A DNA stretch of 64,000 nucleotides, taken from positions 942,758 through 1,006,757 of the forward strand of contig NW_005201192.1 of assembly GCF_000372725.1 (NCBI RefSeq), in the 5' to 3' direction. Source of the stretch: Emiliania huxleyi CCMP1516 (lineage: Eukaryota). Below the pieces are notes generated by a model that was given only the letters and a program-made list of their open reading frames with translations, made no database searches and was not told the DNA's origin. A program made the position numbers and the translations under genes. Below, in pieces: positions 24,985-44,184 of this stretch (the first letter of the stretch is position 1; each line of letters starts with the position of its first letter).

Positions 24985-25112
24985 GCTGGTAGTGCAAGCG
25001 GGAGCGCAGCCGCTACACGCCTCCCAATTGCACTTGTAGGTCCACGGATTGCTGTTTTCCAGGCAAAAGGGACCGCACTGCGACATAGGCGGCGAGGGCG
25101 GCGGCGGCGGTA

Positions 25113-25167
<55 letters not shown>

Positions 25168-25578
25168 GCTGGTAGTGCAAGCGGGAGCGCAGCCGCTACA
25201 CGCCTCCCAATTGCACTTGTAGGTCCACGGATTGCTGTTTTCCAGGCAAAAGGGGCCGCACACAGGGGTTGAGCAGGCAGTGCAGCCGCGGCATTGAACC
25301 CACTGGCACTTGCCCGTCTGCCCTTCTGAACCTGTCCATGACTGGGTCATGACGAGGCAGTGACGCTGACACGGCAACGAGGCTAGAGTCAGTGCAGGCG
25401 GCGTAGATGGCAGAGGCCGTGGAGGCGGCGCAGGCGGCGCCAGCGGCGGAGAGCATTGAGGGGTGCAGCTGCGGCAGTTGTCCCACCTGCTACATTTTTC
25501 ACTCCACGCCACGGTACTGGCCCAGCAGTGGGGCTGGCAAACACCAACGGCAGCAACGTGGATCAGGGCTGGGTGCAT
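24727..25578 (-). CDS. Protein of Cys/Trp-rich modules separated by polyproline linkers
   Basis: Five C..C....W..KC.W..C..C..C modules; the last three sit in a 183-bp tandem repeat (CGPFCLENSNPWTYKCNWEACSGCAPAC). Confidence 0.6.
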
Positions 25579-26097
25579 TGGACAGCAGCGGTGGATCGTG
25601 GCGATCCCACTTCTATCATCCGTCGCCAAGATGCAAACACCTTCAGCAACTAAATACAGGCTCATTACAATTGATGAGCGTTGTTATAGTGGCCACGTTA
25701 TGTCGCCACGCCGGGGCGGACCATCGAAACTTTTTTGCTTCTTGTTTTCCTTCTTTCTCACAGCTCACAGGATAAATTTGAGTTGATTCTTGATAGCTAT
25801 AGAATAATCAGAGAGCGTGGTGTGTGCCGGCTGCGGGCTGGGTGCGAAAGCCCAAACAGCTTTTTGTTTTTTCATCGCAAATACCCAACCAAGAACCAAT
25901 ACCCGGTGCGCATTTTTCATTTTTCTGCGAATTACGAGAGAGTCTCGCCCACCTTGCTCCTTGGACACGACAGCCCACTCTGTCAGGTCTTGCAGGCTTG
26001 CAGCACTCTAGCCTCTAGGTTTGCTCTACCTCTAGATGACGCGTGCTTCACAGGGAGCATGCGATATTGTCATTCACGCGTTTTGCGGCAGCTCGTT

Positions 26098-27590
26098 CTA
26101 TGAGCCCCGGCCGGCCACCATGCTAACGAAAGTCTCGTAGTCGACGGACCCGGACTCGTCATCGACTCCAAAGGCACGAAGCAGCTCCTATAGGCACGCG
26201 CGGAACAAGTCCAAGAGGCGTCCGCCGAGATCGAGCTGGGCGCCGCGACATATGCGCCTCGATGCCGGCGCGACTCACTGCGCCTCCGGCCGCCTCTTCG
26301 CCGCCCAAGGCGAGCGAGACGCCGCTCAAAGCCTCGAGCAGCTCACCCGCGTCCAGAAGACCTGACGGCGTCGATGGGGGCTGTGCCGAGAAGGGTGCGA
26401 GCTGTGAGCTGAGGGCGTGTGTGCACGTCGAGAGCGGCCGGAGGGGCGGGGAGGGTTGGCCGGAGGGGCGGGTCGGGTCGACTCTGCCGCGAGCTCATCT
26501 CTGGGTCTTTGGGAGGAGGGGTGGGGTGCCACCGTTGCCGTCGACGTCGAGCGCGCGGAAGGAGGAGAGGAGCGCGTCGGCGTCGGTCACCTCCTCGCTC
26601 GCGCGCCTGGAGATGGTCCGGCAGAGGTCCGGGAACTGTCCCGAGACGGCGGGCGCGGTGCCTCTCCTCGCTCGCGCGCCGCGCCATCAGCCGCAAAAAC
26701 GCGCGCTCGTCCACCTAGTTCCACACTCCACCCTCCAGAGGGCAGCTCAGCACGGGCTCCATCAAGGAACGGGGTGCGACCACCGTGTCGGTGCTCGCGT
26801 CGCCGTCCGCCGCTGTCACCACCCTCCGCAGCTCCTCCTCCGAGGAGAAGGGCATGCCCAGCGCCTCGCACGCCGCCGCCAGCTCCTCCGCGTCGAGCAC
26901 GCCGTCGCCGTTCCGGTCGAGCGCGCGAAAGACGGACTGCATCTCCTCGGTCTGCTGCTCCGTCACCCAGCCGTCGCCCGCCGCGCCGCGCAGCAGCTCG
27001 GGCGCCCTCCGCACCGCCTGCACCGCGCCAAGCAGCTCCTTGAGCCTCACGAGTGGCGCCAGGGCGGCCGGGTCGAGCTCCCTCAGCCGGTCCAGCCGCT
27101 CCCCCTCCCCTGCGAGCAAACCGTCCAGCTTCTCCTCGAGCCGCTTCCGACGCTTGTAGCTGAGCACGAACCGGTCGACGCAGCCGGCGCGAGGCACGTA
27201 CAGGTGCACCATCGGCAGCAGCAGCACGCGCTCTTCCCTGCAGACCTGCTGCGCCTGCTTGTAGTTCACTTCGAAGAAGTCCGCCTGGCCGGAGAAGCGC
27301 TTGGCCGCCGCCTCGTAGACCGGCGCTAGGCGGCGGCACGCAGGGCACTGTGGAGAGAAGAACTTGACGACGCCGACTCTCTCCACGGCCGCGAGCGACG
27401 ATGCAAAGTTCGACGCGTCTAGCTGCGCCACCGAGCCCTTCTTCCTCGTGCGGCTCTGCTCCCGGGCGGCGAAGGCGGCGCGGGCTGCAGCCGCCTCTGT
27501 CTTCCACGCCTCGTTCAAGCCCATGCGCGCGCCTCTGGTGCGCAGCGTCGCACGAGGAGACGGGATCAGGGCGAGTGCGAGGATCAGCAT
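26098..27590 (-). CDS. Signal-peptide protein with a thioredoxin domain and four EF-hands (two canonical)
   Basis: MLILALALIPSP leader; VVKFFSPQCPACRRLAPVY; EF loops DRNGDGVLDAEE and spliced DVDGNGLLDAGE; final exon ELLRAFGVDDESGSVDYETFVSM...*. Confidence 0.85.
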
Positions 27591-27957
27591 TTTCAAGCAG
27601 GCTCCTGCAAGCAGGCTCCTGCTCGCGGAGTCCTCGGGGGGCTCCGATCACCTGTTCTCTAACGGCCCTACGCGCGGCGTGAGAGCTTGGAAGCGAGCTT
27701 TGCACGGCGATCGAGGATGGCGCGCTCTCTCTCTCTCCAATGTACGTGGCTCTTTAATTCCCGAAGCGGAGGACTCTGCTAAAAGGGTTTGCGATGACGA
27801 CCAATGGTTTTAGAAACAAGGAGTAACTACGAAGGAGACGACGAAAAAGAAAGCTTTGAAGTTTTAGAATAAGGCGAAAACCGAGAAAAAGAAAGCGTGG
27901 GCCGCGTGGGGTTGGCTGTCGGGCCGTGTGCTTGGCACCAATACTACTTTCAGCTCG

Positions 27958-30049
<2,092 letters not shown>

Positions 30050-31589
30050 GGCGGGCGTGCTGGCGGTATTATTCCCTACGCGCGTTTCGAAAAGAAAGAC
30101 AAGGAGAAATCGTCGCGCAGGAGTCCAGAGAGATCTCACTGTTTAAAAGTTCAGACTGTCAGTGTCACTGATCACAGCGGGTTTATACCAACAAACCAAC
30201 TGCACTCCACAAGTCCGCTCCAAGTACCAAGATAATCGTCGTAAAGGGCGTAGACTTACGCTCTACGGTCTACGCCTAAAACCCATAAAGCATAATCGTC
30301 GCAGGAACGGACAAAAATGGCAAAAAGAAAGGGACTAGGGAGGCGACGGCGAAACGGACAGACCAAGCCAGGAGCCAAGCTAGGGCTGGGGCCTGGGGGG
30401 AGGACAGACACGTCCGGTCGTCCGCCCACCTTTGCGCTTTGCAGGATTTTCCTCTGGGGGGAGGCGGGGCCCCTATGGGGTACCCATGCGGGGGGGAGAT
30501 GGGGTCCCATGGCTCACCGCAGGCGCCGATTTCGCGATTTTTTCTTTTTTGCGCGATTTCTACTTGTTTTTATGAGAATTTCGCGTAGCGACCATGGTCC
30601 ATGCTATCACGCCTTGCGACATCCTTTCGGCGCCAGCGCGTGCACGCTTCTGACGCAATGCGCGTCACAAACTGCCTCGGATTGGCTGCTGGCACTCTCG
30701 AGGCTATGCCTACACAGCCTCGCGCGCATGGGCAGTCAAGAGGGACCATGGCACCTTCTCACGACAGCGCCGGTGCTTCTCTCTTGGACCGGCAAACACG
30801 TGGTGGTCTCGTGTCACCAATGTGGGACCAGTGCGGCATCGCGCCATCGACAGCTCTGAACTGCGCCTCACCACTGACCGGGAAGGCCGCCAAGTGGGTC
30901 AGCACCGGTCGCACATGGTGGCAGCAGTCAGCAGCGCATGTCTGATAGCTAGAGCAGCAGCATCAGGGTCGCAGGGTCGGATCATGTCAAGCCTCTCGCC
31001 CGGCCGGCCGCGTGCAGACGTTGGCCTGTCTGCTGTCTGGAGTGATCTGTCGGCGGTCAGTACGCGACCGATCAGGTTGGAGTTTTCTGATGACTGGAGG
31101 GTCTGTCTGTATGTACTCCTCGAGATCTTTCCAAATCTGCCCTCTGATTAACCTAGCTTAATCGGGAAGTCGATGCTAACGGAGACTAACGGAGCCGGAG
31201 CCCCGTTTCCGCACTGCGCGGCGCACGGTGCCTCCGGGGGGCCCCGCCTCCCCCCTGAGGGATTTTCAGTGTATGTAGCTCTTATACGTACATTCCCGGA
31301 GGAGGACTGCTGCGGAGAGAGAGAGATTGACAGATTGTGTCTGGATTCTGTTTGTGTTTGTTGTTGTAGGATTGCTGACGGGGTTTGCGATTTTGCAAGC
31401 AAGGGCGAGGGTGAGCGTGCAGCGCGGCGCTGAGAGGGCTGACAAACGGGACCGGAGCACTTGGAACTATCATTACACAATGAGGGCCGGGGAGCTACGA
31501 AAGAAAGAAAGAACACAGACAGCCCAAGGGAGGGATGGCACTTGGAGCACTTGGAGCACTTGGAGCACTTGGAGGCCGTGTAGCCACTG

Positions 31590-31859
31590 AGATGGCCTTA
31601 TGACGACCCCATTTCGACATCGTCCCTAAGGCCTCTGCTCATGAGCTCCATGCGGGAATGACTGGCTCAACCAACTGATCACAAATTCCCACGATATCTC
31701 ACAAAGCGCCAAAAGTCTTCATCGTGACAGCATAATTTGATGACTTCGATGTTGCAGAGAGAATTTGTGATCAGTTGGTTGAGCCAGTCATTCCTGCATG
31801 GAGCTCATGAGCAGAGGCCTTAGGGACGATGTCGAAATGGGGTCGTCATAAGGCCATCT
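31590..31859. mobile_element. Foldback: 99-bp inverted repeat arms with a 72-bp loop (MITE or hairpin RNA)
   Basis: 31590-31688 is the reverse complement of 31761-31859 with one mismatch; GGCC inner ends are flanked by AT. Confidence 0.75.
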
Positions 31860-32149
31860 GGGCAACCACACCGTCCGCCGTCCAGCACAATCGCCAGGGT
31901 GGCGAGCGCCGCACACAGCACTGTTCGTGCCGCGATCACGAGAGACGCGTGGTCACAAGCGCATCTAGCGCGTCGTTTGATACTGTCTGTCGGTCCCGGG
32001 TAGCCTCGGGCGGCAAGGGCGAGCTCAGGCGAGACACACAGCGCGGACGTCGACGCGCGCGAAACTTACGCGGCAAGAGATTGCTACCCACTTAAAATTT
32101 CTTAAATGTGGGCCGCGCTCTCACAGCCCATCCACGTCTAGTAATCACC

Positions 32150-35995
<3,846 letters not shown>

Positions 35996-36096
35996 TCACG
36001 GCGGTCACGCTGTGCGCACCTTGAGTCGCGAGGGCGATGCCGCGACGGTTACCCGACGTCGGACGGACGTGCCACAGTGGTACCAGGGTGCAGGCA

Positions 36097-37773
36097 AATA
36101 AATAAATAAATAAAACGGACACCTCTACTAGGAGATGGGTAAAAAGGAACAGGTCCCCGCCCTTGCGATCTTTGTGCAGGGTTCTTTGTGGGTGTGGTCG
36201 GCGACTAGCCGGGGTCGTCCTCCCGATGGGGGACTAGCACTAGCCGTCTTCCACATGGTCCCTCGGGTCCCTGCTGCTCCTAATCTCTTCGTACATCCTC
36301 CTGCTGATCTCCGCAACGTCCTGCTCCCTCCCTCGTCTCGCCCTGCGCGCCTGCTCCGCCTCACCGTCGTCTGCCCTGCGTCGTCTGGTGACGGGTCCTC
36401 CATAGTCGGTTGAGGTCGCCGCCCTCCTCGTGCCTCTTCCCAACGTTCCCTCGGCGGTCGATGCCGTCTGGTCCGCCTCCGCCGTCCCCGAGTCTGACCT
36501 GCCCTCGTCTGCACTAGCTTCTGTTTCGTCATCACTGGCGCCTCTCCTCTTCTTTCGCCTCTTCTTGTATGCTTTGTACATTGCGTCGATTCCTTTTCGC
36601 GTGAGCACCACCCTGAAGCTCGCCCAGCAGCGGAACCGCTCCCTAAGTCGAAGGAGCATCATCAGTCTCACCCACTTCGCTCGCTGCCCACTGTCTCCGC
36701 TCCCTCCCGCTTGAGCTGCCGCCGCGGTCCTCGTTCGTCCCGCTGGCTGCTGGCCTGTCTGCACGTTACCTCCGTTATCCCTCCTCCTCCGCGACTCCCT
36801 CAAGGCCGGGCGGGCCTCCTTCCACCCAGCGAAGAGCTTCCTCAGCCACTCGATGTGTTCCTCTCTCTTCATTATGCGCGCCGTAGCCTCATCATTGAGC
36901 TGTATCCACCTCTGCACCGCTCCCGTCGCCGCCTCGGCCACGACTTGCAGGTTCCTCGTGACCCCGGTGCCAAGGTCCCTTCGGCTCTTCTCCGAGAGGT
37001 CATCTACCAGTGCTGGCAACACCCCCCCGACTGCGGGGGCTAGTGTATCGTACCCGTCCTCGTCCAGCACCCTGTAGCGTGAGCCCTTCAGCGCAGCGAC
37101 ATGCGCCATCCTCAGCGTCTTCAGCGTATCCTTGGAGTCGGGTGCCGCCTGTGCCACTTTGCTGATCGCCGTCCCTGTCTGCGCTCGCGCTACTCTGAGG
37201 AACCATCTGGCCTGCTCCCTATTCCCCAGGCAGGCGCCGCTAAGCACGTGCGCCATTGTCGCTCTAGGCGGGTTCTCATCTTCCTCGGTCCATTGCTGCG
37301 CGGCTTTCCGCACGATCGGACACAGCGGGTCCCGCTTTAGTGCTGCCCTCCTCGCCGCGTCCCTCGCGGCCTTACAGACGAGGCAGCCCCTGAGTTCGCT
37401 CCTTGTGGCGGCGCCCGGGGTCTCCCTCCCCGCCTCTCCCCGCATGATCCTCTCGTGGTGCGTTCCGTGTGGCACCCCCGCCTGCTGCCGCACCCGCGCT
37501 CCCATGACGGTCTTTGTCACCACGTTGTGGTCATCCACGTCGGCGAAATCAATCTCGCGCTCGCCGTGCTGATCCTTGATCCGCTGGCGCTTGTCCCATT
37601 TGTGTCTCGTCGTTCCCCTGACCACATCGCTCCACAGCGGCCCCGTTACCCCTGCCGTGTGCGACCCAGCCGTGAGCCCCTCGCCGAGCCGTCCTCGCAC
37701 CCACTCGTTCGTGTGGCCGCGTGTGGCGTAATAGGTCCTCCGGTCCAGTACCTCCCGCCCCCCCTCTCTGTCT
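36097..37773 (-). mobile_element. 5'-truncated non-LTR retrotransposon (LINE) with 9-bp TSD
   Basis: ORF 36240-37700 with CLVC...TMAHVLSGAC zinc-knuckle, ending VEDG*; tail GTCCGTTTT(ATTT)n; GTGCAGGCA at 36088-36096 and 37774-37782. Confidence 0.8.
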
Positions 37774-38012
37774 GTGCAGGCATGAATGGGTCTGACCTCG
37801 AAAAAAATCGCGATATAAGCTTATAAGGGCGCAAGGCGCGATTTAAGGATTTTCGGAATAGGATGTGCTCAGCCATTCTACACCCGTCCGCGCGGGGGGG
37901 CCACTCACACGGAGACAGAGTCGCCTCAGACAGCTTCACACGCATTCACAAGTCGGACCGCTGCGTGACCTGTGTGTACGGTAGACCTCCCCCCGACAAC
38001 TCTCTACTCCGT

Positions 38013-39295
38013 CTACAATAGCGGCTCAGGCGGGTTGCTCTCCACCTCCTCCAGAGTGGCGTTGACCTCCGCGGCGATCCACTCGAGCTCCTGCTCCGAG
38101 AGCCCGCTGCCCAACTGGTACACCCGCTGCCCGCCCGGGCCATTGGCCACCAGGTTGAGCACGAAGGTGGGCACGCCGTTGACATACGCCTGTGGAAGGC
38201 GAGGGCGCGGCGGCGGCGGTTGGAGGGGGGCAGGTGTGGGAGTTGCGAGCAGTTAGAGGGGTGGCGCTCACCGCCACGTCCACCGACGCCAGGGCGAGCT
38301 GCTCCGTCGGCCCGTCGGCGGACCTGTTCACCGCTAGGACGCGTGAAGGGACGCGGTTCTGCAGCCGCTCTCCGCCGGCCCGCCTGCGGACTTGAGGCTG
38401 ACGCCCGCCGTCCTCTGCGTGAGCTCCTGCGTCGGGAGGAGCCTGAGGTGAAGAGTGCGTGAAGACGGCGTGTATCTCCGCAGCATCGCCGCGTCTCATC
38501 TCGAGGACGAATCTCTCTGCGAGCGCCCGCCGGGACCACCGGAGGGACGTCCACCTCCGCATCTTGGCTCCGCATCTAGGGCTCCGCTCCCACCCAAACG
38601 CGCCGATCGACAGCGTGGTCGCCTTGGCCGGGTCGAGCACCTACCGCCAGCGCACAGCACCATCGCAGGCTGTGGGGACGCCAGCGCGAGCACGGTGCTG
38701 GCGACACGCCGCGTGTGATCGCGGGTTGGATCCCCGCTTTCTAGTTCGGGCACCGTCTGCTTCTAGCTTCGGGCACCGTCTGCTTGACCACTGCGCCGCC
38801 GGCAAGCCAGAACGGGAGCATGAAGAGGGCCGACGCGCCTCCGCTCGCAACCATGCTCACTGTCGCGGGGACGACGGCGCTGAACCACGCGGCAGCGAAG
38901 GCGCCGCCGAACAGCGAGCCGCCGTTCACCAGCCCGGCCGCCGGCACGTCGACGAGCAGCGTGCCGGCGTCCGATCGCGACACGGTGGCGCGGGCGCCGC
39001 GTGGCATCGGAGGCACGGGCGCTGGCACGCGAGCGAGCCGCTCCTCCGCCTCTCGCAGACGCGCCGCCGCGCGCCGTGCGTCGGCCAGCGCGTCCGCGTA
39101 CTCGTCGCCCGCCAGCTGTCGCGGCGGCGGCGGCGGCGGCGGCGGCTCCGGCTGCGGTCGCGGCACGCGCCCGCCGAGCTGGCCACGCGTGCCACAGAGG
39201 CGAACGGCCGTCCTGGCGTGCCGCGCGGGAGGTAGGCAGGTGTGGAGGTGGGCTGGCCAAAGTCCAAACGAGAGCGCGAGCGAGAGCGCTAGCAT
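38013..39295 (-). CDS. Uncharacterised two-TM protein with a plastid-type leader, multi-exon
   Basis: MLALSLALSFG leader; FGGAFAAAWFSAV, ALFMLPFWLAGG, GLSEQELEWIAAEVN, similar to a domain recalled from cyanobacterial Ser/Thr kinase C-termini. Confidence 0.65.
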
Positions 39296-40280
39296 GGTGA
39301 GCAATTAGTGGAGCGGAGCTCTGGTGAAAGACAGTGGGAGTGGCTGCGCCGACTCGGATCGACCGACGCCCGGTCGGGTTCGCACGATCTATTCACAGCG
39401 AAGGTCAACCTCAGCGGCTATGGCGATCGCCTCGTCCTGGCCATCGCCACCCCCGTACCCGCACCCGTAGCCGTCTGCCGGCGCCAGCCAGGCACCAACG
39501 GCGAATGCGCCCAGGCCGCCGACTGCCGCGTGCTCCTGCGGCGCCCAAAGGGTTTTTTACTCTCTCTCCCAAAGTGAGCGACAGGAAGGGTGCGACAGGT
39601 ATTACAGTGAGCGACAGGAAGGGTGCGAAGCGCCAGAGGCAGGTAGCTAGCTCGTCGTCCGGAGCATCGGAATCCCTCATTGAGCAACCACCACGAGGTG
39701 TTCGCAGTCCTCGTCCTAGCAACCCCGGGAGTGTTGATTGCGGGCCGCCTCCACCCTCCGCCGCCTTCGCTCGCCTCCCCGTCTCGCGCAGAGGCGCAGC
39801 AGCCGGAGGGGAAGGTGGGTACATGTAGCACAGGAAGGAGGGCGCGCACCTGTGTTGGAGGGCTCCCGTGGGAGGCGTGCGAGCGCCGACGGCACTCAGA
39901 TGAGGCCGGCACACCGGTGCCACTCGACGTGAATGAGGCCGAGGCGACGCAGGAGCAGGGTAGAGGTGAGGTGCGTGTAGAGGAGCTGTGTCATGTCCGC
40001 TGCGCTCTTGGCGGTGCCGTCGAATTTTCCCATAGCGCCCCCGACTGCAGCGGCGGCGACGAGGTCGAGCGCCTGCCGTTGGAACGCGAGGGTTGTGCCG
40101 CTCTCGGTGATGGGGAGCAAGTTTGGTGGGGTGAGAGCAAGCGTCGGGAGGAGAAAGCATGCCCTGTGGGGCATCTGCTCTCTTTGCGCAAAAGCGGTGA
40201 AACGTCGCGAGCTCAAGCGGTGGGGATCAACGGGCGGGTTGCGCGGGGCTGAGGCGTCTCCTTCGGGGAGGGAGGCGTGA

Positions 40281-40970
<690 letters not shown>

Positions 40971-41001
40971 GCTCCCAAGACGAAGACCCCTCCAAATCCC
41001 C

Positions 41002-41020
41002 GGTGTTTCTTAACACCACC
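41002..41020 (+). promoter_or_regulatory. Histone mRNA 3' stem-loop
   Basis: GGTGTT-TCTT-AACACC-ACC: 6-bp stem, 4-nt loop, ACC tail, 31 nt after the stop codon. Confidence 0.85.
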
Positions 41021-41209
41021 CTGATCTGTCCTCGCACCGCCCATGGGTGGTGCCGTTCCAATCCTTAGGGGGTGCTGAGTGCTGTTGCGAGAGAGAAATA
41101 GCGGGAAGGGCGTGGTGGGAGGAGGGTGCGCCGCCACAACACACGTGTATCACGTTATGTTGTCGCGCACGAAGGGAGGGAGAAAGAAAGAAACCAAAAA
41201 AAGGCCCGA

Positions 41210-41425
41210 CTTCGACTTCGGGAGCGGTTCCGCTGCTGGGCGAGCTTCAGGATGGTGCTCACGCGAAAAGGAATCGACGCGATGTACAAAGCATACAAGA
41301 AGAGGAGAAAGAAGAGGAGAGGCGCCAGTGATGACGAAACAGAAGCTAGTGCAGACGAGGGCAGGGCAGACCCGGGGACGGCGGAGGCGGACCAGACGGC
41401 ATCGACCGCCGAGGGAACGTTGGGA
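41210..41425 (+). mobile_element. Internal fragment of the LINE at 36097-37773
   Basis: Near-identical to the reverse complement of ~36438-36653 (LRERFRCWASFR...AEGTLG). Confidence 0.85.
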
Positions 41426-41638
41426 TTTAGCTCGTTCACCGTCGAGCCGGCTCGCGCGGCGTCGTCCCTTGCCACACGCCACAGCTGCGCGCCCACAGCG
41501 GTGCGTGGAGAACCTTTACGACGTCTCTCGCATAAAAGAATTGTGCGGTGATTCGCTCCCGGCGAACCTCCGTTTCCCCCTTTATCGATCTACCCGCTAA
41601 TTGCAACGACGCGTTCGCCTCGACACGGATGTCATCTC

Positions 41639-43161
41639 CTACACGAGGCGCTGCAGCATCCACATCATCACCGGCTCGCGGCAGTACGGGCAGTCGCGCA
41701 TCCGATCCGCGCAAGCGCCGCACGCGCACTGGTGCCCACATGGCACGGCGATGTGCGTCTTCGGCCTGGTGAAACACACGATGCATGTGGTCTCGCCGCC
41801 GAGGGTGGACTCAGGAACAACCGCCCGGCCAGTGTCGAAGTCGGCGTTGGCGAGCGAGACGGTCGCCACCGCTGGCTGGGGCTCTCCCGACACCGCATCG
41901 TCGGAGACGGAGTCGGAGCTCGGGTCCTCGGGTCCGATCGAGTCCTCATCGGGGGCCGCGGCAGCAAGCTGCGACGGCGACTCCGATGGCGGCGCAAAGG
42001 ACTCGGCGAGGTCGGCCGGAGCAGCGGCGCCAACCTCCGGTGATGGCTCCTCTAGTGCCTGTCCCTCTGGCACTACACTCAGCCTCGCCGTCGCCTCGCC
42101 GAGGCAGCGGACAGGCACTCCCGCCTCCTTCTCCGCCTCGGGCGCCGCCACCTCTGCATCCACCTCTGCCAAGTCCGCCTCACCCGCCGCCTCGCCGTGC
42201 GCCTGCGACGACCCTGCCCTGCCCTTCCCCTTCTTCTTCTTCTTCTTTCCCTTCTTGCTTTCCTTCTTCTTGTCTTCCGCCTCCTTCTCCGCCTCGAGCT
42301 CCGCCAGAAGCGCGTCGCCTAGGCACAACCAGGTGTGTGATGAGACGCTGACAAAGCCCAACCTCCATGTCCGCCAAAAGGCGTCTCGCCTCGCCGCTTC
42401 GCCTCTGTCTCCTTCGCCGCCCTCGCCGCCCTCGCTTGCTCCTCGATCAGCTTTGCGCACTCGGTGTGGCCTGCCTGCCTCGCATACTGCAGCGCCGTCT
42501 TGCCCCTCGCGTCGCACAGCTCCAGGTCCGCACCGCGCTGCAGAAACGTCTCGACCAGACGCTCATGGCCGTTGCCGGCGGCAAGCATCAGCATCGTGGT
42601 GTCGTCCACGCCGTCACACAGGAACGTTGCGTCCATCTGGCCGCCGCTGTCGACCCAAGCCTCAACCGTCGCCTCCCTGCCTCGCTCGGCCGCCCTCCAG
42701 ACCTCCTCGGGGACCTTACACTCCAACATCCCCTCTGCCGCGTGCACGTCCCGGGGCAGCACCTTGTGGCCTCCTTGCGGCCTGAAGGCCTTCACGCACT
42801 CGGCGTGTCCCCTCCGGTGTGCGATCTCCATCGCGGTCAGCCCGCTCTCATTGCGCAGCCGAGTGTTTGCCCCGCCCCGCAGCAATTTGCGCACGATCGC
42901 AGCCTCGCCGAAGTAGGCGGCCGCCATGAGCGCAGTCATTCCGTTGCTCGCCCGCGCGTCCAGGGATGCGCCATGCTCCAGGAGCAGGTCGACCATGCCG
43001 GGCTGGCCAAAGTTGGAGGCGGCCATTAGCAGCGTCAGCCCGGCAACCGGGCCTTGGGTGAAGGCTGCGCTCGGGTCGCCGCCGTCAGCGAGATAGGCCC
43101 GCGCTGCCGCCTCGTTGCCTCTCTGGACCGCCTGCAGGATAGCATCGCGCGCCGGCGCCAT
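41639..43161 (-). CDS. Ankyrin-repeat protein with C-terminal C3HC4 RING (putative E3 ligase)
   Basis: GLTLLMAASNFGQ, GMTALMAAAYFGE, GKTALQYARQAGH; CIVC...VPCGHQCACGAC...CPYCR. Confidence 0.9.
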
Positions 43162-43325
43162 TGTTCGCGGGGATGGAGCCCTAGCCCCGCTTGGAGCAGA
43201 GGAAGGTGAACCCCTGCGCGCGCAGCACCGCGAGCAGAGGAGGTGAACCCCAACGCGCTGTGACCCCAGGTTCCGGCGGCAAACCCCGCAAAGTGACCCG
43301 TTTTTACCCACCCACGCCCGTGCGC

Positions 43326-43415
43326 GCGTATCTTAGCTTAGGTACGCGGCCACACGCGCTGGCGCGCACGGCAACCGGGAGTTACACGCGCGACACGAGG
43401 GACTGTGTATCCTTG
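43326..43415. repeat. Dispersed repeat with an inverted copy at ~63389-63483
   Basis: AGGTACGCGGCCACACGCGCTGGCGCGCACGGCAACCGGGA...GGGACTGTGTATCCTTG matches the reverse complement there. Confidence 0.85.
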
Positions 43416-43537
43416 CCTGCCTCGGGGGAGTCCCGTGTATTTTTTCTTTTTGCCGACCTCCGCGGCCTCGTCGCACTCACCTGCCGTTCGCCGTGAGCGT
43501 GCACTTGCCCATTCGCCGTGTGCCGCACGCCGCCCAA

Positions 43538-44096
43538 ATGCGCGGATCTTTGCCGTCGCCCAAGGCCTCGCGGAGACAGCGCGCGAAGGACGCTGCCTGG
43601 AAGCGGCTCCGGCTCGGCCTCAGCCCGCGTGCTGTCGTCCGAGCGGCGAGCCGGCCGTCGCCTGTGCTCCCGGCCAAGTCTCTGCGCCAATCAGAGCCGC
43701 GGGTGGCGTTGGAGGCGGCGTCCGTAGTGCAGCCTCCGGAGGCGGCGCCGTCCGCACTGGGGCGAGGGGCCAAGCGGCAGCGGCCCTCGCGGACCGGCGG
43801 CCCCGCCCCGACCCGGCCGGCGGCCCAGGCGTCCTCGGCGTCTGCATCGTCGGACGACGACTCGGTCGGCCGGGAGTCGCACGAGAGCTCCTCCGAGGAG
43901 CGGCCGCACGCCGCCAAGTCCGCCCGCCCACTCGCCGACGCGTCGACTCGATCCCACACGTGTGCTGCCGCCGCTCCCGCCTCTCCGGGGCGAGCCGCTC
44001 CATCCGCGCGGCCGAGGGAAGCTCCGGGGCAGCAGGCGAAGAGGGAAAGGGGGCCGCCGCATCAGCGACGCAATGGGAGCGGGCAAGAGGTGCAGC

Positions 44097-44184
<88 letters not shown>

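Noticed and set aside
31537..31574. GCACTTGGA 9-bp tandem as iterons or an array
   Set aside because: Four units without spacers; simple minisatellite next to a retroelement stub.
39574..39629. GTGAGCGACAGGAAGGGTGCGA direct repeat pair
   Set aside because: Only two copies; local duplication with no further structure.
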